Assembly: GCA_024626585.2 (NCBI GenBank)
Contig: JANKJI020000002.1
Coordinates: 237,780,592 to 237,799,721, forward strand
Direction of reading: 5' to 3'
DNA: 19,130 nt
Source of the DNA: Ginkgo biloba
Taxonomy: Eukaryota; Plantae; Ginkgophyta
Shown here: positions 10,964 through 19,130 of the stretch, piece by piece
Numbering within the stretch: position 1 is the stretch's first letter
Layout of the letters: each line of letters opens with the position of its first letter
Position numbers and translations under genes: made by a program
The notes under the pieces: generated by a model
Told to the model about the DNA's origin: nothing
What the model saw: the letters and a program-made list of their open reading frames with translations, nothing else
The model's database searches: none

Positions 10964-11023
10964 TTAATCAACTCTGTTTGACAGTATGTATGATGCCTTT
11001 TTGGCCTTTTTACTCACCATCAT
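10964..11023 (-). promoter_or_regulatory. Candidate upstream ORF (19 aa, MMVSKKAKKASYILSNRVD*)
   Basis: ATGATG starts at 11023 and is open to TAA at 10966-10964, 1 nt before the main ATG and out of frame with it. The ORF is directly visible; its translation is unproven. Confidence 0.45.
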
Positions 11024-11627
11024 GACTTTTTATTTATCTACAATTTCAATTCAATAACCAGTCATTTGTTCTCTGAAGATCACCAGACCAGCTCACATCT
11101 GTGCTTCAATTTCACTTATGTAGCACAAATAACACTATAATTTACATCATACCAGTCGTAACCCCAGAAAAAGCAACACTGAAACCTTAGGATTTAACAG
11201 ATGAAATTTCACTTTAAATTTCCCAAATCTGGCACCAAAAACTCATAAGTACCAAAGCACGTTGGTTGATAATCTCCTTACATTTCTTTAAAGAATGGAA
11301 ATTGCAGCAATTCACACGAATTTGACAGTAAAGAATTTCCATTTTAGGATGATTCTTTCTAATAACCAATCTTTTGCCATTATAGAATCCCTTCAAAAGC
11401 AGTCCTTTTAAAATTTTCTGGAAATTCAACATTAAAGTTTCACATAAACGCTGAATAATGCAAATATTTACCATACAAATTGCAAATTTGTAATCAATTC
11501 AGATAAGCTCCCATTTCTTTGAAACTCGACTGTAAAAATTCTCATGAACACTGAAAAAAACCTTGAATGACAGAATTTTATGTAATCTGTCAATTGTTTT
11601 GGCAAAAAAATGTACCAGTGCTCGTCT

Positions 11628-11667
11628 CTTTATAAAAAGAGATATTGAACTCTCTCTCTCTCGGTTG
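11628..11667 (-). promoter_or_regulatory. Candidate core promoter of the DUO1-like gene: TATA-like box, (GA)n tract, MYB-type site
   Basis: On the minus strand: CAACCG (11667-11662), a (GA)6-7 tract (~11662-11649) and TATAAAG (11634-11628), about 670 nt upstream of the ATG in non-TE sequence. The TSS is unknown. Confidence 0.35.
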
Positions 11668-12359
11668 AATTTCTTACATTCTCCCTCATTAGATGTTGGA
11701 TTGCATTACAATTGTTTTCGATTGACTGCAAATCGTATAATCTTACAAGCTTTGCATTCAGATTTGGCCATGTAAGCAAATTACACAAAGCTTAAGAAAA
11801 TTTACTGTTGGAATTTTTGTAACACCAGAAGAAAATTACTGTAATAATCCACAGCGCTACAGCATCTGCAATAATGATCAAAATGTTTTATGAAAAGGCT
11901 TCAAATCACACAAGTCCATGTTATAAATGAGGTTGGATTGTCGTTATGTAATCAAAATAAGCCTCCTTACCCTAATCCCAACCTACCTCTACTATGCATT
12001 TAATTTGTGGTTAACCTTATAAACATGGGCCCAACACTTATCTTTTTACATAATTAATATAATCAGCCATAACCATACACATTGTTTTTGAAACATAATA
12101 GGTAGCAAGCATCATTTGGTGTACTCTTGCTTAGTCCAAACCATCAATAAATGTATAAATAAGATAAAACCTCAAAATAATGTTAAGGATGAATGAAAAT
12201 GTTTTTAGATTTTGAAGAAAAAACATCTTTAATACAAATTGATGCAAGGAAAGGTTTGTCATTCTTACATTATGCGAAAATGATGATCGAACCTTAGTCT
12301 ATGCCCAAGTCAACATGGAATCATTTTTTCTCCATTATAGAATTTGTATCCTATCTTTG

Positions 12360-12690
12360 AAATGAATATAACGCTATCTCCTACAAGTCTTTTTGCCAAA
12401 GGAAAGATGCTTGTTAATAGATTTTTTAATCTCCTTTTGAATCTCAAATGGAAAGGCTTCCACATCTTTAAGAACTAGGAGAAAGTTTTGTTTCCTAAAA
12501 CCAACTAGAAAATGTGTGGATATAATTTCTTCTAACTATTATTTAGAGAGGATCTAAAATTTCATTGGTAGATGTGCCTTTGAAATGTGATTTAGAAACC
12601 AATTTTTTGGGAGAAAGTAAATACGATTAATACCTACCTCGAATTAAACTTTGAGGTTGGGATTCCTTTGGATTTATTGGATATAATTGA
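12360..12690 (+). mobile_element. LINE (L1-type) ORF1 remnant (end of DUF4283 and downstream VWI region)
   Basis: NLKWKGFHIFKN*EK...NVWI*F...ISLVDVPLKCDLETNFLGESKY...LELNFEVGIP, matching the plant L1 ORF1 pattern W...W.P.F.P...VWI.LP...IG.P.K.D..T......ARV.VE.D....P. Stops and frameshifts are present. Confidence 0.65.
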
Positions 12691-13544
12691 ATCTTAATCA
12701 TATATGTCACTAAAAAATATCATTTCTTAGGTTTAGGAGTCTTGAAGAAGAATTATGGATTTTAAGTAAAAGTAATCTAAAAAAGGACAAGAGGATTTCT
12801 ANNNNNNNNNNNNNNTATTAAATAGAAAATATTATTGACTTCAAAATAATAATGAAAATTAACTACATTACCAAGTTATGTATGAGAGTATTTATAAATA
12901 ATTCTAGGATAACTATACCCAATAGCTAATAATATGAAAATAACATATCAATTGCTATTCTCTTTTATTAAGTAGGAAAGGAAGGTAAGAAAGTTAACCC
13001 TTATAATAGGTAAATCCAAAGATAAACCCAATTTATTATTAAATAGTAGATGTATAAATGATTAAATATTGATGTATTTGGTATAAATAATTTATAAAAA
13101 TTTTGATAGCCAATAAGTAATATAATAAAATATATGAATTTGGGACATGCCATTACATCTTATTATGCTTATATTATATACAAATTGTCACCATATATTA
13201 TCAAGAAAAATGGTACCCTATTCACTCATAAAACTATGCACTCTTTTATATCACTTTTCTTCTTAATGCAAGGATATGTTTAAAATTTAAATCCCACTTC
13301 ACTCAAGTTTAGTAAAACTCATGGTCATAATCCTTATTTCACTCAAACCATGGTTAACATGTGAATATTCTAATTAATTCACTTCATATACTAAACCAAT
13401 TCCCCTTAAGAAGTGTTATAGTCCATTTCTCTATTCATTTGTTACATCAAGGAATCCATTCATAAATAACCCCCATGTTTGTACTCCTTTGAATGTGTTC
13501 TTTATAGGTATCATTCTGGGGAAGTGGTATTTACCACTAACAAT

Positions 13545-13665
13545 AAGAAATACATCTTATCTCTCATTCCATAAGAGTGGGAATATGAATTATATCTTAT
13601 CTCCAATGGAGGAAAGATATATCTTATCCCTTATCCCCTCTTATTAAGGAATGCATCTTATCCAT
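13545..13665. repeat. Degenerate short tandem array (core atcttatc x4), probably within an LTR remnant
   Basis: atcttatc recurs at about 13554, 13594, 13621 and 13655 with loosely similar flanks. Confidence 0.5.
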
Positions 13666-16029
13666 AATAACCTACAAATACAGGGTCAATCTATAACTAA
13701 AAGAGGTTGGAATTATAGTGTAGAATAAAGGATTAAGTGAAGACTCAACTATGCAAATGACTCTATTTGGATGAAAATTATAACAATTGGGGAGAACAAA
13801 GATTAAATAACTTGAGAATACTTTTAGGATACTCTCTATATTTTTCTTCTTCTTACATGTTATTTTTATTTTACTCTTATATTTTAAACTAATAAAAATA
13901 TAAATTATTTATATTCACTCTCCATTTTTCTTGCATAAATTTTACATCTTTTATATTTTTAAGATAAAATTAAACATCAATGAATGAATCCACTTAAAAT
14001 GCACACACCCTTGTTACTATAAAATACTAAAATTTACAATCCTTAGATATAGGTATTTATAAATACCTATTCGGACACTACCTATCCTCTATAGCCATAA
14101 CAATAAGCATTACCAATCCAAATGATCTCCAAGTAATACTATACCTTTGCTTTCTTGGAAAAGTCTCTCCTTAATTAATTCCTTCCTCTTATTTTAGTTT
14201 TTTCATTATATCCCCACTCTTATTCCTCCTTTAGAGGTTGTAAATAGACTACCCACATGGTTTGTGATTCTAGTGGATAACAAACTAGGAACCATACTAG
14301 GGACCAACTTACCATTTTTTTAATTACTAGAGGAATCAATAAGCTAGTCAGGTTCGATGTGAGAGTTTCAGGCTCGAATCTAGCCTATCCCTATAAACTA
14401 TAGCCANNNNNNNNNNNNNNNNNNNNNNNNNNNNNNNNNNNNNNNNNNNNNNNNNNNNNNNNNNNNNNNNNNNNNNNNNNNNNNNNNNNNNNNNNNNNNN
14501 NNNNNNNNNNNNNNNNNNNNNNNNNNNNNNNNNNNTGCCATAGCATCATAAAGTTTAGGCTAAAAATTCTCTTGATTTTATGTTTTTATTTTTTAATTTA
14601 TGTGATTTAGACATATCTCATTGGGTTTACTTAGATTTTATGATAATCTAATTAAAAATTTAGTAGATTTATCATTTAAGATTCAAATTTGTTTAATTTT
14701 AGGTAATAAAAACATGAAATTAGAACAAATGGACCAATCATATCCAATTGAGGAATCTCTATGCATTTAATTTTTTAAATAATGACATGCAAAATTGAAT
14801 CAATCTAAAAGAATTGGTCCATAGTTTCGCTAGAAACATGAATGAATTTAGTTAAAATGATCAAATTTTGTGTGTTATTTTTTGTTTCAAAATAATAAAA
14901 GTTAAATAATTAAAAAATTATCTTTTTTGTGTTCTAGATATTCCAATTTATTCTTTGCATATTCTATTTTATTTCTATCTTTTTGATTCTAAAAGTGATA
15001 ACTTACTTTTTTTTTTTAAATTTTTATTCACCTTTAGTTGATATTTTTGGAAAATATATCACATTATATATCTAATGTACTACGAAAGACCTTAATAATA
15101 AAATTAAATAGACCTTTTCTTTTAGGATAAATTAATAATATTTCCTTTTAGATGATGATTAACCTATCTTGAAGGGAGAACTTAACAAAACCTATGTCCT
15201 TTTTCTAGGATAATTAGGCCCTTAGATAAGAATATAACTTCTTGAGGTATATGTTGTAGATACTATATCTAAGGCCCATTTGTTAGGGACCTTATGTCAT
15301 GATAATTGGATCAAACTAGAAATGCTTCAATGGTTTTTAGCCTACCCTATATTCGTTTGAATATATTCTATGGATCAAAGATGTAGGTCAAGAATTCATG
15401 TTCCTAAATTTCATAATAGAAAAATATCATTATACCTCCCTACATTTATCTTTCATCATTGTGATGAAGTAAAAAATTTGAATCTTTCCACACTAATAGG
15501 CAAGGAACTATACACATAACCTTATAAGAATTAAACTGAAACTAAATTTGAAATAGAATATTTTGAGACCCTCTCTTTAAGTTTTAGCTAGTATATAAAC
15601 TTTTTCCACCTAAGTTACAAAAAAAATAGTAGTGGGTATCCCAAGACCTAATATATCTCCAAGTGTCCTTGGGACTCTCTGAAACCTTTTGTTATTCCAC
15701 TAAAAGGTAGAACAATAGTTATAGCTAATAAAGTCATCCTACTACATTTTATAAAGGATGATAATATGTTTACACTAATGGTTTCCCAAGATGATACTAA
15801 TATTATTTTAAGAGGAGCATATCATAATAGGTTACATTATTTACTAACATGGTATAAAGAATATCCTTCACTCTTAAATAATCTAAGTAAGGTATACTTA
15901 ATATGGATTAGAATCCCTCACANNNNNNNNNNNNNNNNNNNNNNNNNNNNNNNNNNNNNNNNNNNNNNNNNNNNNNNNNNNNNNNNNNNNNNNNNNNNNN
16001 NNNNNNNNNNNNNNNNNNNNNNATTTAAT

Positions 16030-17750
16030 TTGGAGGATTGTATTTATTATACATCCTTAAATAAGGTCATATGAAATTGATATCCATTGCCAAGGATTCA
16101 TGACATATTGTACTATATTTAAGGATCAAGATTCCTCAACAATAATGACCTTAAATTCAAATACCATCAACTTAGAATCAAATAAGAAGATATATGTAAG
16201 ACTACCTTGAAGATAAGATAAGAAATTTTTGAATGGATGGTAAGGTACTTAGATATTATAAAATCATGATATTGATGAATGAGGAATTTAGATATTATTT
16301 GGAAACATTTATTGCAGTTATCTAAATGATATCTTAATTTATACACATATACATGAGGATTGTTTACATCATGTTGAAACACTACTTGATATATTAAATA
16401 AGGAGAAACTTCAAGAAAACCTTAAGAAATACATTTATATAATTAGGAAGTTAATATGCTTAGGATTGAAGGTAGTTGTGTCAAGGTTTGAGATAGATCT
16501 TATAAAAAATGAAGTAATTATAAATTGGACTATATTGATGAATTTGCATGATCTTAGAATATTCATAAGTTTGAAAAATTATTTAAGAATTTTTACTATA
16601 GGTTATTTAGAGATATATTTACCCCTAAATGATCTAAGAAATGGGAATGCATCTTCCATTTGGGAAGAGAGATAATGAAGAGATTTTGAGGAGTTCAAGT
16701 ATATAATCAATAATGACCTTATTTTGTCTTTGCATGATATCATATTACTATTCGAGAGTGAATTTGATGCATTAAGGAATGCATTTGGATAATTATTGAT
16801 CTAATAGGGAAAGATAGTTACTTATCACTCAAAAGAATTTTTAGACTCAACTTATGATAAATAAATATATGTATTAATCCAAGAAGCCAATAATTAGAGG
16901 CACTATTTTATTAGCAAGGAGATCATTAGAAACTTTGATCACAAGCTACTTTAGTATATGTAGCCTAAGCCTAAGATGCAAAAAACTACACATATAAATG
17001 GGTTGCATACTTGTAGAAGTTTACTATTATCATTAGGTATAAGAAAGGTATAATTAATAGAATTTCCAACTATCTCTTTAGACTCCCTATCTCTACTTTG
17101 AGTTCTTTTATAAAGTTTGACCATTTTAGTTTTAAAGAGTTCAAAGAGATTTAGAGGGATGGAAAAGACTTTACAAATATATATTTTACACTACATCAAG
17201 TAATAATCATGTAAAATAAGTAGATACATAATTATTATCTTTGAGATAGTATTTTGTACAAGATAAGTGGAATTTATCTTCCACAAAGAGGGAATCAATA
17301 TTAGTTGATCAAAGAATCATACCACTCTAAGGTGGAATGGAATTTTGGAGCATTGAAGACCCTTTTTAATTTATATAGATACTTTTACTAGTTAACTCAA
17401 TATGGATTAAGTTGTTATAATATTCATTAAGGTATATAAACCATGTTTTATTTTTAAACTATCTAAGAGAATGTTATGGAAATATAGGCATTTTCTTGTA
17501 CTAGTTCAACCTTAGGATTAAATCTCTATAGATTTCATTGGTGGATTACTAACCACCCAAAGAGTAAATGACTACTTATTTACAATAGTGGATATGTTAA
17601 AAAAGATGGTTATGTTATTCCTTGTAATAAGATAATCATAGGGAAACAAGTAATGGAGTTATTATTTAAACATATGTGAGTACACTTTGGTTGTTCAATT
17701 CCCTCATCTATGATAGAGATTGAATATTTGTTATCCATTTATAGTAGACC
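16030..17750 (+). mobile_element. Decayed Ty3/gypsy pol: RT, RNase H, integrase (probably extends upstream to ~15450)
   Basis: YPLPRIHD (16081), DLKFKYHQLRIK*ED, FEWMV and YLNDILIY (16319-16342). RNase H: EFDA...VTYHSK...TYDK...N*RHYFISKE...DHKLL...IRYKKG. Integrase: ESYHSKVEWNFGALKT, ISIDFIGGL (17522), DYLFTIVDMLKKMV, HFG. Confidence 0.93.
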
Positions 17751-17964
17751 CTATAGATACNNNNNNNNNNNNNNNNNNNNNNNNNNNNNNNNNNNNNNNN
17801 NNNNNNNNNNNNNNNNNNNNNNNNNNNNNNNNNNNNNNNNNNNNNNNNNNNNNNNNNNNNTTTAATTATCTTATGACTTAGGTTTTTGAATTTTTTTAAA
17901 TAAAATTTATGTTGCCTACTCCTCTCACCCCACTTTGTATTCTCCTATCGCGGTGATCTTAACA

Positions 17965-18290
17965 TGTCGTTACCATCTGTGAACTTGCATTGCATTCCAT
18001 GGAACTGCGGGCTATTGTTTGGGAATTTTAGCTACACATGGAGGAGACTCCTAGTAACGTTTAATCATAATTGTGTGAATCTTGTGAGGAACTCATACTG
18101 TAAGGTCGACAGGACTCACATCCTCCTTTCCTTGATGGTGCTTCAATTTTTAAGAGCTATGATGAGGAATCACAGGCGATGGAAGATCATCATCATCGTC
18201 TTCTTCAGAAACTCCTATAGCAACAACTATTTCAATATTATCTTCTTCATTGGATTTGTTACAGTCATAGTAACCTTCATTCCCATATCT
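17965..18290 (-). other. Unidentified decayed coding-like segment with an acidic tract
   Basis: After a possible acceptor (tattgtag) it reads RYGNEGYYDCNKSNEEDNIEIVVAIGVSEEDDDDDLPSPVIPHHSS*KLKHHQGKEDVSPVDLTV*... Higher GC with CpGs retained; family not recognised. Confidence 0.3.
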
Positions 18291-18340
18291 CCTACAATAA
18301 TAGGCATACAGTTTTAAATTCACCAAATCAACTTTTGTCG

Positions 18341-18947
18341 TTAGTGGCTAGTAACTTCACCATCTGGGTTTGGGCCAAGTATTATGAGATTCCCATCATA
18401 TTTGTGTCCTCTGATATGCAAGCATGGACTCACAAACACATGACCTTTAAGGTCATAAGCTTCAATCTCATATTTTAATTTATTAATAAGAGCAGACCCA
18501 CAAACACCACACCTTCTATCACAACTTCCATGGGAGCATACAAAGATGTGTGAACCTACCAGAGTATTTAACAAGCACCTCTTCCAAAAATGTATCATTT
18601 CAAAATGTTCCAATCATTTATATTGAATCATGTCTGGGAAGATCAGGACATCTCCATTGAGAATTCTGTTCCATCGCGCCCCTCACATATTGTCAATAGT
18701 ATCTTTTTGAGATTTTATTCTCGTGAGCGTTAAGAACAACAACAACAAGTTTGGGCATATGATAAAACTTGACAACCTCAACCTTAGGAGGCTAACTCTT
18801 AGGGTTAATGTATGATGTGCCACTTATACATATTCATGGTTCCCATGAGGGGCTATGTGTGCATCTCTGGCCATGCGAATCCATGCTTGGCATCGCTATT
18901 ATGGCCGCTGGTATCACCTAATAACCCATTATTTTGTAAGCTCCCAT
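18341..18947 (-). pseudogene. Sucrase/ferredoxin-like (thioredoxin-like 2Fe-2S, Apd1/Aim32 family) pseudogene, intronless and 3'-truncated
   Basis: Reconstructed across frameshifts: MGA..QNNGLLGDTSGHNSDAKHGFAWPEMHT*PLMGTMNMYKWH..YINPKS*PPKVE...MPKLV...LLTICEGRDGTEF/NGDVLIFPDMIQYK*LEHFE/DTFLEEVLVK/TLVGSHIFVCSHGSCDRRCGVCGSALINKLKYEIEAYDLKGHVFVSPCLHIRGHKYDGNLIILGPNPDGEVTSH*. It has the C-x8-C...H-x-G-G-H ligand motif (here HIRGH), several stops and frameshifts, and a deletion after EEVLVK. Confidence 0.92.
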
Positions 18948-19130
18948 AAGCGCTTCTAATAATTTGCATTTTCAAACTAATAATAGTACTTTGCATGCTA
19001 GATTTTACAAACTCATAATTTCACACCTTCTACAACAATAGTTTCATAATTTCCTCATGGATTTAAACATAGATTTTATAGCCACAACTTCATATAACTT
19101 CACAAAAAAAACTCATTCAACTTACATGTA

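Noticed and set aside
11038-11152. Possible 5'-UTR intron (donor CTG|GTATGA at 11152; acceptors at 11073 or 11038)
   Set aside because: The signals are plausible but there are several alternatives; it cannot be called without transcript data.
11214-11775. Short ORFs 11214..11474(-) and 11563..11775(+), also 10766..10951(+) and 10698..10886(-)
   Set aside because: No family similarity; lengths are as expected by chance, or they are alternative frames of the MYB exon.
13545-13665. Spaced short repeats considered as a CRISPR-like array
   Set aside because: The context is eukaryotic, the core is only 8 bp, the spacing is irregular and there are no cas genes; this is an ordinary degenerate LTR-type tandem repeat.
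14345-14393. GGTTCGA and GGCTCGAATC motifs resembling a tRNA T-arm or SINE B-box
   Set aside because: No cloverleaf or convincing A-box can be built. It is more likely a decayed MITE-like repeat and lies next to a gap.
1256-16074. ORFs containing X runs
   Set aside because: They are open only because they cross assembly gaps; the informative parts are already assigned to TE remnants.
17964-18317. 117-aa + strand ORF, the longest in the track
   Set aside because: It is the antisense shadow of the minus-strand acidic segment (the Ile/Phe runs come from reversed GAT/GAA codons) and has no recognisable domain.

Overview
Very AT-rich (about 25-30% GC by eye) plant nuclear DNA with 15 N-gaps, most likely from a gymnosperm (inferred from the retroelement types). 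Most of the window is heavily decayed retrotransposon: three + strand Ty3/gypsy pol remnants, a - strand Tat-type Ty3/gypsy with an extra archaeal-type RNase H, a Ty1/copia RT-RNase H with PPT, and two LINE ORF1 remnants. There are two islands of host-gene sequence. The first is exon 1 (10962..10751, - strand) of a DUO1-type R2R3-MYB, the male-germline/sperm differentiation regulator. It has a good splice donor, a plausible 80-nt intron whose exon 2 runs into an N gap, a 19-codon uORF ending 1 nt before the ATG, and a miR159 site eroded by three non-synonymous changes. The second is an intronless, disabled copy of a sucrase/ferredoxin-like (Apd1/Aim32-type 2Fe-2S) gene (18947..18341, - strand) joined to unrelated sequence. 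I see no convincing novel multi-gene system; the most interesting signals are regulatory ones at the DUO1 locus.
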